Assembly (NCBI GenBank): GCA_013360215.1
Contig: JABWCP010000011.1
Coordinates: 1-64,000, forward strand
Direction of reading: 5' to 3'
Origin: a bacterium
GTDB lineage: Bacteria > CLD3 > SB21
Length of the DNA stretch: 64,000 bases
Both the position numbers and the translations under genes were made by a program. Below, in pieces: positions 1 through 9,287 of this stretch. How positions within the stretch are numbered: the first letter of the stretch is position 1; each line of letters begins with the position of its first letter. Under the pieces are notes generated by a model, which did not search any database, was not told the origin of the DNA, and worked only from the letters and a program-made list of their open reading frames with translations.

Positions 1-42
1 CGCAAAGAGGCCGAGATCGAATACGGCGAAAGAATCAAATAA
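1..42 (+). CDS. 3' end of a partial ORF running off the window edge (…RKEAEIEYGERIK*)
   Basis: Frame +1 is open from base 1 to TAA at 40-42. Too short to identify. Confidence 0.35.
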   Translation, partial: RKEAEIEYGERIK

Positions 43-50
43 GCATAATC

Positions 51-198
51 ACATGTATGATACATCAGAGCAGGGTCTTAATCCCAGTTCCGTAGCAAGT
101 AACGGGTTTCACCTTGTCTCAGCAGACTTGGGCACAAGTCGGCGGGACGTCTTTCACTGCACTTCGTTAGCAAAAGGCAAGCCTCACGAATAAAAAAA
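51..198. repeat. Diverged intergenic direct repeat, copy 1
   Basis: Shares ordered blocks with 3656-3841: ACATGTAT, CTTAATCC.nGTTCCGTAGCAAG, CCTTG.CTC…CAAG and CTTTC..TG.ACTTCGTTAGCAAA(A)GGCAAGCCTCAC.AATAAAAAA. Confidence 0.85.
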
Positions 199-224
199 TC
201 GGCACAGGCGATGAACCTGTGCCG
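192..224 (-). terminator. Intrinsic terminator of the 251-2032 gene
   Basis: CGGCACAGG/CCTGTGCCG stem next to an A7 tract, which reads as a U-tract on the minus strand. Confidence 0.8.
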
Positions 225-250
225 GATGAATGAGTCGTTAGTTTCTTAAG

Positions 251-2032
251 CTATTTCATCAACGTGATCTTATGACTTTGTGAGAAATTCCCTGCCTGTA
301 AAAGTACGATATAAATCCCGCTCGGTTGTATATTTCCACTATCATTGGTCGCATCCCACTGCACGATATGTCGACCGGAGGACTTGACGCCACGATAAAG
401 TGTTTTCACTTTCTGCCCCAACGTGTTATATACCGTCAGCGTGACATACGCTTCTTCCGGCGCTTCAAAGGCAATCGTCGTACTGGGATTAAAAGGATTA
501 GGATAGTTGGCGGTGATTCTAAACTGTTCGGGTATGGAAGAAAGTGAGGATGAAGAAGAAGCTTTGGACAATAATGCCGGCTTGATCTCAGGCGTAGCGC
601 TTGGGGTTGTTTCCGGTATAGATTTTGCCCCCCCCATTGATTCCTCTTGATCCAATGCTTCTACATATGGGTCAAGTCCTTCCGTATAAGGATCGTTTTC
701 TGTCCAGCGGAAGTGATAACCTGAGGCGCGCACCATTTCTTTGATCGGACGAAGCCATTCTTTTTTCTCCACATCGCTCATCGTACTAAAGTCCGGGATG
801 GATTGAGAAGCAGTACCGGAGCTTTGCGCATAGTACTCTGAATTCTCGTCACGCTGTGCGATTTGGGGTCCGCCACCACCGCCTCCGCCCGCATAATCTA
901 CGGCATGATCTTCAGCAGAGTATTGAACAATCTGCTCGGACGAATCTCGGGTATAACAACGCAGTAAAAAACTGTAATCTGAAGAGGCATTGGGAGTAAC
1001 GTACGCTACGGTATCCGAGCCCAGCATCTGCCACACGTTAGAAAAATTCCACTTGACGTACCACCGGAATACAGCACGGAGCGTCGGTATGGCTAATTGC
1101 CGCCTAAAAGTCAGTGTCTGCTTCTGTGTAAATATCTCAGGCCCGGTGATCGTCGTTACCTGATTACTTTGTTTGTAGCTTGGTTGAAGATAATTACCAT
1201 CCAAGTTGGCGCTAACGCTGCGAATCGTATCAAAAAGCGCTCCGTTTTCCCACTGGCTAAAATAAATCGAACTCCCGGCACGATGCGGCACGATGATAGA
1301 CGTCGAACCGGTAGCCGCTACGAAGTACAACTGATCTTTGGCTAACGTGACATTGGCGCCATTGATATTGACTATCACTGGATTCATAGCCGCAGTTGAT
1401 GTGGGCTGAACATTCATATTCTTAAACGGCGCGGCATTCTGAGTGCGGTTACCAAGTCCCCATATCGTCCGCGTACCGCCACTAGCGCCAAACTCGATAC
1501 GCTCTGCTATATTGCCAAAACAAGTTACATAAGTATAGTAGTTCGTAGCCGGATCAGACACTTTCTGAAAGCCAACGGCATCGTAATACACCCTGAAGTC
1601 GTAGTCACATGAATAGCTATTACAATACGGCTGGGACGTATTATAATCCGCATCACGAAAATCCAGATACACAGGACTGCCGGGAAGGGGGTCATACCTT
1701 TGAGAAGAACTGTTCCATATTTGATAATTGATTTCATAGAGTCCGTAATACACCGTGCCGTTTATTTGTTCTGCGGATCCAGCCGGAGATCCATCCCCCA
1801 CGAAATTCCAAAGAACATTCTCCGGATCGGTGAATTCGTTGTAGGCAGCATGCCCGAGAGGTAAAGCGTTGTAATTTTGGTCGAACACTAAGGTATTCAA
1901 TTTAGGTTTGATAGAGATGCGCACCGTGCCGGTAGGTTTGGTTTTCCAGCGCACGTAGAGTTCCGAGGCGCCATCGGCTAATATCGCTTGCAGTAAGCAA
2001 GCCTGTAGTAATAAGAGATAAAATAAACGCAT
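251..2032 (-). CDS. Secreted protein with C-terminal FlgD-Ig / T9SS type A sorting domain; N-terminal region of unknown function
   Basis: N-terminal signal peptide, internal Gly7 linker, and C-terminal NYPNPFNPSTTIAF…VYNTLGQKV…WDATNDSG…SGIY…KITLMK. Confidence 0.85.
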   Translation of the reverse strand: MRLFYLLLLQACLLQAILADGASELYVRWKTKPTGTVRISIKPKLNTLVFDQNYNALPLGHAAYNEFTDPENVLWNFVGDGSPAGSAEQINGTVYYGLYEINYQIWNSSSQRYDPLPGSPVYLDFRDADYNTSQPYCNSYSCDYDFRVYYDAVGFQKVSDPATNYYTYVTCFGNIAERIEFGASGGTRTIWGLGNRTQNAAPFKNMNVQPTSTAAMNPVIVNINGANVTLAKDQLYFVAATGSTSIIVPHRAGSSIYFSQWENGALFDTIRSVSANLDGNYLQPSYKQSNQVTTITGPEIFTQKQTLTFRRQLAIPTLRAVFRWYVKWNFSNVWQMLGSDTVAYVTPNASSDYSFLLRCYTRDSSEQIVQYSAEDHAVDYAGGGGGGGPQIAQRDENSEYYAQSSGTASQSIPDFSTMSDVEKKEWLRPIKEMVRASGYHFRWTENDPYTEGLDPYVEALDQEESMGGAKSIPETTPSATPEIKPALLSKASSSSSLSSIPEQFRITANYPNPFNPSTTIAFEAPEEAYVTLTVYNTLGQKVKTLYRGVKSSGRHIVQWDATNDSGNIQPSGIYIVLLQAGNFSQSHKITLMK

Positions 2033-2055
2033 AATTCAAATTCCTTTTTTGTGTG

Positions 2056-3408
2056 TTAATTGATCGCATACAGATACCCCGTCTTTCCCGCACTCCCGTG
2101 CACCCAGCTTGCGATATACAGCACTCCATCGCGTCCCATCGCCAAATAACTTTCTAGAAGATTCCCATCTCCCTGAGGAATGTGCATATCCCAATGTTTG
2201 TTGATCAAAAAAGATGGACCGGTTTCAGTCCCCTCTGCTAAATACGCTGAAATACCTGCGCCGGGGAACGGCATATAAAGTGTACCGGCATCATCTATCA
2301 AGGGCGCGGTGTTTTCACTAATATATCTTGCTAATGGTACATAGCCAAATGTTACGGGATCAGTCCCGGTATCCTTATCAAGCCTAAACATAGAGGTAAA
2401 AGCCCCGAAATACAGATACTGTCCACGCAGTGCCAGATCGCTCATACCGCCGATGTTATTGACGCTGCCTACCCAGCGTAATACGCCATTACGATCTATC
2501 GAGCGAAGATTATTGGAACTCGTTTTGAAGTAGATATTCTCCTCCTCATCGGATACCATACTAAAATGAAGTGGGCTAAAAAAATCAACAGGATAAAACC
2601 ACTTTTTCTTACCAGTATAGGATAAAGCAAGTATTCCATCCGAAAAACCACAAATAACCATTGTTGGAGTCAGTACAATCTTCGTACAATACCCTATATA
2701 CTCATCCGGTATATACTGCCATTGCAATTTACCACTACCACTGTAACACCAAATCGTATCTGATCCAAAGTAAGCCCGATGAGAGACATCCACAGCAGGA
2801 CCAGCCGGCGCGTTTTTGCGCTTTGACCATTTTATACTACCGTCTTTACGAAGCGCATAGATTATCCTATCAAACAAGGTTAGATAGATTGTTCCATCAT
2901 CCGCTAAGGCAACGGACCGGCCATGCATAATCGCGCCACCGGGCAGAGTGGAATCAGGTCTGGAAAAATACCATTTCTGCGTACCATTGGGATTGATAGC
3001 AAAAAGCCCGACATCGCGGTAACCTCCGTTATCCGCTTGACCTGGTTTTTCGGCGACTAAGTAGATCGTGCCGTCATCGCCGATCACCGGAGGCGCGGCT
3101 GTGCCCGGGCCGCCGATCTCAAACTTCCACTTGACCGTCGGGGGCAGATACGGCGCTGAAGGCCCTAGATGCCGATATACACAGCCTTTGGTGCGAATAT
3201 CTGTAGCTCTTTTAGTATTTTGCAGATCGCCAAGGCCGTGCGACCACATCGCATCCGATGCCGAGAGCAGACTGTCGGAGCAGTATTGGGGTTCATACTT
3301 AGTCTCATGCTCCTTTGGGTCGCAGCCGGGTATCAGTAGCGCGACAGCCAAAAGCATGATTACAAGACCTCTCAAGCGTTTACGTTTCATCTTATTCCTT
3401 TTTATCAT
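2056..3408 (-). CDS. PQQ-like (BamB-type) beta-propeller repeat lipoprotein
   Basis: Lipobox-like LIPGC. Repeated LFAINPNGTQKW / IYALRKDGSIKW / LALSYTGKKKW propeller motifs. SD GGGGAGGTG upstream. Confidence 0.8.
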   Translation of the reverse strand: MIKRNKMKRKRLRGLVIMLLAVALLIPGCDPKEHETKYEPQYCSDSLLSASDAMWSHGLGDLQNTKRATDIRTKGCVYRHLGPSAPYLPPTVKWKFEIGGPGTAAPPVIGDDGTIYLVAEKPGQADNGGYRDVGLFAINPNGTQKWYFSRPDSTLPGGAIMHGRSVALADDGTIYLTLFDRIIYALRKDGSIKWSKRKNAPAGPAVDVSHRAYFGSDTIWCYSGSGKLQWQYIPDEYIGYCTKIVLTPTMVICGFSDGILALSYTGKKKWFYPVDFFSPLHFSMVSDEEENIYFKTSSNNLRSIDRNGVLRWVGSVNNIGGMSDLALRGQYLYFGAFTSMFRLDKDTGTDPVTFGYVPLARYISENTAPLIDDAGTLYMPFPGAGISAYLAEGTETGPSFLINKHWDMHIPQGDGNLLESYLAMGRDGVLYIASWVHGSAGKTGYLYAIN

Positions 3409-3422
3409 TTTAGATCACCTCC

Positions 3423-3490
3423 CTACAAGGAATGTTTGGTTACTTTAAGTTCACGGAATTCTCCCGTGAAACGACGTACATTCCTTGTAG
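3423..3490. promoter_or_regulatory. Nested inverted repeat in the leader of the beta-propeller gene
   Basis: Perfect 13-bp arms CTACAAGGAATGT (3423-3435) / ACATTCCTTGTAG (3478-3490) enclose TTCACGG/CCGTGAA and abut the SD. Confidence 0.55.
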
Positions 3491-3655
3491 TACAGATAGG
3501 CTTATAGATATTACAAAATATTTATAAAAATAATAAAATTTCTTTGTACGCTATATTCTGCATGACGATTCTAATCTATGGGATTGAGTTATTTGCTACT
3601 GCTATAAAAATGGGGAATAATGGAGAGCGAAGCAAGAGATAGAACGATTGGAATA

Positions 3656-3841
3656 ACATGTATCGTACCCCTCAGGGCACGCGCTTAATCCAGGTTCCGT
3701 AGCAAGCTGTAGAGTAATATACATTCCATCTTGCATCGCTCACGCCTTGCCTCGATACGCTCGGCGCAAGCGTGAGCAAAATTGTTCGACTAAACCTTTC
3801 GGTGTACTTCGTTAGCAAAGGCAAGCCTCACAAATAAAAAA
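3656..3841. repeat. Diverged intergenic direct repeat, copy 2, with an internal REP-like hairpin
   Basis: Same conserved blocks as 51-198. Internal hairpin GCTCACGCCTTGC…GCAAGCGTGAGC at about 3738-3777. Confidence 0.85.
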
Positions 3842-3867
3842 CCCCTTTCCATACGGAAAGGGGTTTT
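3836..3867 (-). terminator. Intrinsic terminator, possibly bidirectional, after the DUF5916 gene
   Basis: AAAACCCCTTTCC-ATAC-GGAAAGGGGTTTT perfect stem with A/T tails. Confidence 0.85.
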
Positions 3868-3887
3868 AAGTTGTTAAACGATAAATT

Positions 3888-6371
3888 CTATATCTGCATC
3901 AAATACTGAAATTTTAAAAAGAAGTTAGTGCGATTGAGGTTCGTTCCGTCATAATTCGGAAAATCTAAATTATTCCTGCCCATGAAATTGGCACCAAGAT
4001 AAAACACCGTAAACGGATTGATCTTGTAACTCATAAGCGGTGATATGGCGTAGAAAACATCATGCGTTTTATCGAGCACCTGCTGATTGTTTACATCAAG
4101 TACGATGTCATCGGTATTTTTATCGCGTTTTGCGCGGTGTGAATTGATAGCACCCATCTCTCCGATCAAGCGAAGAAATAGCCGCTTAGTGAATTGATAC
4201 TGCAATGTATTGCGATAAATCAATTGTTGATCAATGAGATCGCCACCAAAGTCTTTGCGGAAGCTTGCTGAATTAAATTCGAAATCATTACGCAAGCGGC
4301 TGATCGGTCGAATCGTAGCCCAAACCGTCAGCTTGACGCCTTTGATTTTGGATAACGGATTAAACGTGTCTTCTGCGTTTCCTGAGCGATTAATATAATT
4401 ACCGACTTCTCCATAGAGCCCGCCGGAAAGTTTTTGAAAAGCATCCGTACCCGATTCAAATGAAATACGATGAATGTTGTTAAACTGTTTGCCTGCAAAA
4501 TTTTCATTGTTGAGTGCTGCGACGCCTAACCAAAAGTAAGTTTGTTTTTTGAATTGTAAAAAAATCTGAGGATTGATCCACCAATCTTTGAGTTTACCGT
4601 CGTAATTATATTTACGATTAAATCGTACGCGCGGTTCAACGCGGGTCAATAACGGATGGTCGTCATTCATATAAAACGTGTAACGACTAAAGGCGCCCGC
4701 TTCACGAACATTATTGTTGGTGATAAAACCCTGTTCGGAACGAAATCCTGGCGAGCGGTCATTAAACCATGCAAAGAAACCCCACTCGCGAGCGGTTCTG
4801 TCCAAGGTAACGCGCGTTGCTATGCCCTTAAATTTTTCATTGTTAAATCCATACGTTAAGGAATCTCCAAACGCTACAAATCGGTCGGTGCTTCCATACA
4901 GCGACGTCGCATCCGGCTCATCCGTAGTACTAGCGGAGACAATACCGGAAAGAGTGTAGGTATCATTGATTCGTATTTTAGTATCTATCGTGCCGACGGT
5001 ATTCGAACCGTCGGACGTCCGGCGATCTGTTCCTAAAATGCCGACATAGGTGCCTTTGGCAAGTTCGTATTTGGCGCGAATTGTGTTGTTTGTTGTATTG
5101 TTAGTACTTAACAACGTGCGGCTGCCTTCTTCTTTGGGTACAATGTAAGGCGCATTTTCATCCAAGCCTAAAAGATATCCGTAACTTAGCCGGTCTGTTT
5201 TTCCGGACAATTTGCCAAGCAACAGGGGATCATTGATACTGCGCGTGTACATCAGATTAAGATCGTCGTCCACGAAAAAAACATCACGCCCCTCAAGGAA
5301 AAAAGGCCGTCTTTCGTTATAGTACAATGCAAAAGTATTGTTGACGCTGATCTGCGTTGCATCGGCTTCGATCTGGCTGAAATCGGGATTGTAAGCCAAA
5401 TCCAAAGTCATATCGGAGGTGATTCCATACTTCAAGTTGAAACCGAAGTTTTTATCGTAATTACTTTTACTCCATATCCCTTTGGTTGTATCGCCGTTAA
5501 ATTTGACAAAACGATCGCGCGAACCTAAAGCATAAGGTAGAAATTCAATCGGCTTGCTCGGCCGCTTTTCCATATTCATCGCAATTTGGCCGGCCTGTGC
5601 ATATTGGTTTCCTTTCCCGCGGTTAATCGGTATCCATGAATAGAGAAAGCGATTTTCACGAGGATAAACTCGCCAAAGGTGGATTAGCCAGTTTTGATCT
5701 TGTCTGTCGGGGAATCGTAAACTTTTGAACGGGATGGCGATTTCTACGGTCCAACGATCATCATAAATTTTAGCTGCGGATTCCCAAACGGCATCAAAAC
5801 TTTCATCCTCATTTTCGTTGACATCCACGGAAAGATCACCTTGGATACCGAGGGGATTTACGAAAAACTCAAAACCATTAGTTTGTGCGCCAAACGGATC
5901 AATGTTGACTCCGACGAAATCATCGCGAAATATGCGATCCCGGTCGCTCAAATTGGCGCGTAGCTTATGCATCTCCGGGTCATAAGCGATAAATGCAAAA
6001 TAAACATAGTCATTATCAAACAAAATATAACCTTGTGTTTCCGCTAAAGGCTGGCGCCCCTCGACCGGGCCGTTTTCAACAAAATTCCCAAATGACGCGC
6101 CTTGTAACCATGTATCTTCAATTTCACCGTCTATGATAAGCGCCGATTCGGCTTTCGGTACATTGAGAGTCATTTTAGTATTAGGTTGGAAGGTGCTTCC
6201 ACCTGAGCGATGCGCTTTTTTGTTTGCGGACTCGGCCAGTTGTGCAGATACATCCAAACCAAACTGCATCGGCAAAGTCATAAGCCAGGTGTGCATCAGT
6301 ATGCGTATCCAAGAGTTGCGTTGCATAAGATTCCTTCCGGTATGAAGAGAGTGACTGTTACGCCCTGTCAT
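3888..6371 (-). CDS. Carbohydrate-binding family 9-like (DOMON) plus DUF5916 outer-membrane protein
   Basis: IDGEIED.W…FIAYD…DRDRIFRDD, WTVEIAIPFKSLRF, LAYNPDFSQIEAD…YNERRPFFLEG and C-terminal FFLKFQY. The real start may be somewhat downstream. Confidence 0.8.
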   Translation of the reverse strand: MTGRNSHSLHTGRNLMQRNSWIRILMHTWLMTLPMQFGLDVSAQLAESANKKAHRSGGSTFQPNTKMTLNVPKAESALIIDGEIEDTWLQGASFGNFVENGPVEGRQPLAETQGYILFDNDYVYFAFIAYDPEMHKLRANLSDRDRIFRDDFVGVNIDPFGAQTNGFEFFVNPLGIQGDLSVDVNENEDESFDAVWESAAKIYDDRWTVEIAIPFKSLRFPDRQDQNWLIHLWRVYPRENRFLYSWIPINRGKGNQYAQAGQIAMNMEKRPSKPIEFLPYALGSRDRFVKFNGDTTKGIWSKSNYDKNFGFNLKYGITSDMTLDLAYNPDFSQIEADATQISVNNTFALYYNERRPFFLEGRDVFFVDDDLNLMYTRSINDPLLLGKLSGKTDRLSYGYLLGLDENAPYIVPKEEGSRTLLSTNNTTNNTIRAKYELAKGTYVGILGTDRRTSDGSNTVGTIDTKIRINDTYTLSGIVSASTTDEPDATSLYGSTDRFVAFGDSLTYGFNNEKFKGIATRVTLDRTAREWGFFAWFNDRSPGFRSEQGFITNNNVREAGAFSRYTFYMNDDHPLLTRVEPRVRFNRKYNYDGKLKDWWINPQIFLQFKKQTYFWLGVAALNNENFAGKQFNNIHRISFESGTDAFQKLSGGLYGEVGNYINRSGNAEDTFNPLSKIKGVKLTVWATIRPISRLRNDFEFNSASFRKDFGGDLIDQQLIYRNTLQYQFTKRLFLRLIGEMGAINSHRAKRDKNTDDIVLDVNNQQVLDKTHDVFYAISPLMSYKINPFTVFYLGANFMGRNNLDFPNYDGTNLNRTNFFLKFQYLMQI

Positions 6372-6403
6372 ACGATGAGATAAAAAAAAGGTTGCAGGAT
6401 TTT

Positions 6404-6994
6404 TTATAAATGAGGGCGTAGTTTTTCTAAAAATTCATACACGATAAACCCGGTAACACCCCAGACGGTGTGTTCTTGGTAATCGAAATAGTGGATTTCA
6501 TACGTACGATCTTGCCACATACGAAATCCCTTGCGATGATGGCGTTCATCCAAAAGATGGGACATCGGTATTTCGATGATGGATTCGGTTTCATACGGAT
6601 TGATTTTCCAATCAAACGGGTAGGGCACGATGCCGATAAAAGGAGTTACATGAAATTGTGTCGGCGTGACCATCGGGCTGGTTTCAGCTAAAATCTCGAC
6701 GGTATTTCCGGGTATGCCGATTTCTTCTTCTGTTTCGCGAAGTGCGGTATATTGTAAATCATTATCTTCCGCATCCCGCGCACCACCGGGGAAAGCGATC
6801 TGACCTTTATGGGTGCGTACAGTTTCGGTGCGTTTGGTAAATAAGACGTGAATTTTTTTTTCTTTGAGAAAGAGCGGGATTAAAACGGCGGCTTGCGTAT
6901 TCTGTCCGGCGGGCAATATGCGCTTTTCGTGACCCTCGTACACTTGACGAATCAGAGTGCGCAATGTATTCAAATCTTCAAGCGGATGGGGCAT
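6404..6994 (-). CDS. Nudix CoA pyrophosphatase (NudL/PCD1 family)
   Basis: AAVLIPL…LFTKR…HKGQIAFPGG…ALRETEEEIG Nudix box and the WGVT motif. Confidence 0.9.
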   Translation of the reverse strand: MPHPLEDLNTLRTLIRQVYEGHEKRILPAGQNTQAAVLIPLFLKEKKIHVLFTKRTETVRTHKGQIAFPGGARDAEDNDLQYTALRETEEEIGIPGNTVEILAETSPMVTPTQFHVTPFIGIVPYPFDWKINPYETESIIEIPMSHLLDERHHRKGFRMWQDRTYEIHYFDYQEHTVWGVTGFIVYEFLEKLRPHL

Positions 6995-8981
6995 CGTAGG
7001 ATTCTAACATGTGCATAATGCGCAATACTTCGGCGACGGACCAAGCCTGTGCGATGCAGCCTTTGGGTAAGTGCGGTGCATCCCCGTCGGCGATTTCCGA
7101 TAATGTACCTAAGCCGGCGTCGTGTATCAGCGGTTCGATCGTTTGCAATATCGCCCGGATATGTGTGCGTGCTTCCGCAGAAAAATGATGAACTCGCAAA
7201 TAAGCTTCCATGTAAGGGCCGATAAGCCACAGCCATGCCGTGCCTTGATGATACGCCGCATCACGATGATACGCATCGCCGGCGTAAACGCCCGTATATC
7301 CGCTATCGGAAGGCGCAAGACTGCGCAGGCCGGCGGGCGTTCTCAGCTGCGCATCAACGCAGCGTACCACAGCCAAAGCTTTATCATCAGATAACAACGC
7401 AAAAGGCAGGCTGATCGCAAATATCTGATTGGGGCGTATACTCCCGTCATTTCCTGATGAACTGATTACATCGTAGAGGCAGCGGCGCTCTTCATTCCAA
7501 TATGCGGATTCAAAAATATTTTTTATCCGATCGGCCATCGCTTCATATGCTTTAGCCGCGTCGTCATGGTGGAGCTGGTTTGCAAAGTAAGCCATGATCC
7601 GGAGTGCGTTATACCAAAGGGCATTGATTTCGACCGGTTTGCCGATGCGCGGAGTGACAACCCAATCTCCGATTTTGGCGTCCATCCATGTCAGCTGCAC
7701 ACCGTTGTCACCGGCATATAGCAGCCCGTCATCATCCATGTGAATGTTATAACGAGTGCCTTGCGTATGCGCCGTGATGATATCTTTGAGTGTATCAAAC
7801 AAGCGATGTTTCAGAAATTCTGTATCTTTGGTTTTTTCATAATACTGATAACAGGCCATCACAAACCACAACGTGCCGTCCACGTTATTGTATTCCGGTG
7901 CTTCGCCGGCATCCGGAAAACGATTGGGGATCATGCCTTGCGATACGAATGGAAGAAATGTCGAAATGATAGCCTTCGCGTCTTCGGTTTTTCCTGTGGC
8001 CAGCGTGAGGCCCGGTAAACTGATCATCGTGTCGCGTCCCCAATCGGTAAACCAGTGATAACCTGCGATAATGGTCTTACCGCTTTGTCCGGTCACCATA
8101 AATTGGTCGGCGGCCAACGCCAATCGCCGGGCAAGCGGATCTTTCAACGGAAAATCCGACAGTATTTTTATACGGCGATGAACTTCATGGGTCCACATTT
8201 CCCAAATCGCTTCAGAAGTGAGGCGGGTATCATACAAGGAAGCGGCGACATCGAGAGCCGATCCGGGTTCCAATGTCACCGAAAGAGTGCCGTGCGTAAA
8301 TAAATCTTCGCGAAATTCAAGCCCGCGTTCCTGTTCTTTACGGTACTCAGTGTTATTGTACCAATAAAATTTAGGATCAAAAAAAGCACCGGGTGCGGTG
8401 ATGTACAAAGGCGGTAAATGATCGTAGGGACGAATGGTCAACCGATGTTCGGAGAATTCGGCTTCTTTACGAATTTGCGATGTTTCGCGGGAAAGGCTAT
8501 GGTAATCGCGGAATGCGCATAAGGGGCGAAGAATCAGTGTGACGGGCTGACTGGATTCACGAAGGTGATACCAAACGATCACGGTATTACTTCCATGCGG
8601 CATGAGAATGGCTTTTTCGAGCAGTACACCGTCCAGATCGTAGATCATGCGCGGATAAAGATCGTATTCGAAGGACGCCATGCGCTTATGGCCGTCGGGA
8701 TGAATAATAAACGGATATTGATTGGTCGCGAGGTCATACAATTTGTCGCCGATACGTACTTGTTCGTCGTATTTGGATAAAAAAACAAAACGTTGAGCAG
8801 GCGGGCGTAGCGGGGCGCATAATAAACCGTGATATCGGCGTGTATGCGCGCCGATGATCGTTGACGAAGCAAAGCCACCAAGGCCGTTGGTTTCCAGCCA
8901 TTCTTTTTGCGTGGCATAATAATAATCACCACAGGTTTCGCGGTCTAATCGTATGGGCTCCGGAGGTGCCGGTTTTTGCAT
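6978..8981 (-). CDS. Glycogen debranching enzyme (amylo-alpha-1,6-glucosidase, archaeal type)
   Basis: EWLETNGLGGFAS…TRRYHGLL, IAGYHWFTDWGRDTMISLPGL, QLTWMDAK, GKPVEINALWYNAL and QAWSVAE. Confidence 0.93.
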   Translation of the reverse strand: MQKPAPPEPIRLDRETCGDYYYATQKEWLETNGLGGFASSTIIGAHTRRYHGLLCAPLRPPAQRFVFLSKYDEQVRIGDKLYDLATNQYPFIIHPDGHKRMASFEYDLYPRMIYDLDGVLLEKAILMPHGSNTVIVWYHLRESSQPVTLILRPLCAFRDYHSLSRETSQIRKEAEFSEHRLTIRPYDHLPPLYITAPGAFFDPKFYWYNNTEYRKEQERGLEFREDLFTHGTLSVTLEPGSALDVAASLYDTRLTSEAIWEMWTHEVHRRIKILSDFPLKDPLARRLALAADQFMVTGQSGKTIIAGYHWFTDWGRDTMISLPGLTLATGKTEDAKAIISTFLPFVSQGMIPNRFPDAGEAPEYNNVDGTLWFVMACYQYYEKTKDTEFLKHRLFDTLKDIITAHTQGTRYNIHMDDDGLLYAGDNGVQLTWMDAKIGDWVVTPRIGKPVEINALWYNALRIMAYFANQLHHDDAAKAYEAMADRIKNIFESAYWNEERRCLYDVISSSGNDGSIRPNQIFAISLPFALLSDDKALAVVRCVDAQLRTPAGLRSLAPSDSGYTGVYAGDAYHRDAAYHQGTAWLWLIGPYMEAYLRVHHFSAEARTHIRAILQTIEPLIHDAGLGTLSEIADGDAPHLPKGCIAQAWSVAEVLRIMHMLESYDAPSA

Positions 8982-9287
8982 GGTAAAATCCTGATAACTA
9001 ATCGGTAAACCGGAAAATGTAAGCCATGCGGCAAGTTATCGTTCTGATATGAATAGCATAAGTTAGAAGAAATTAGAAATAAAGCATTAGAAAATAATCA
9101 GTATGCTCAAATGAAAATTTGCATGGCAAAAGTTAATGATAATCTGCTGCAAATTATAAAGTGCATGACTTAGTTTGGAAATTTTAATGCTTTTAGGTTA
9201 ATAATAAAGCGCTAGCCTAGTCATACTTACGCACTTTTGATTGGCACTATGTGTATTCTAAAATAGATAGCGTCCCGGATATTTACG

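Noticed and set aside
51-3841. CRISPR array or IS element as the explanation for the repeats
   Set aside because: There are only two diverged copies 3.6 kb apart, with no regular spacers, no transposase or integrase, and no terminal inverted repeats that I could verify.
8982-9287. AT-rich gap with three TTAGAA copies (about 9063-9092)
   Set aside because: Spacing is irregular in low-complexity AT-rich DNA, so it cannot be distinguished from chance.
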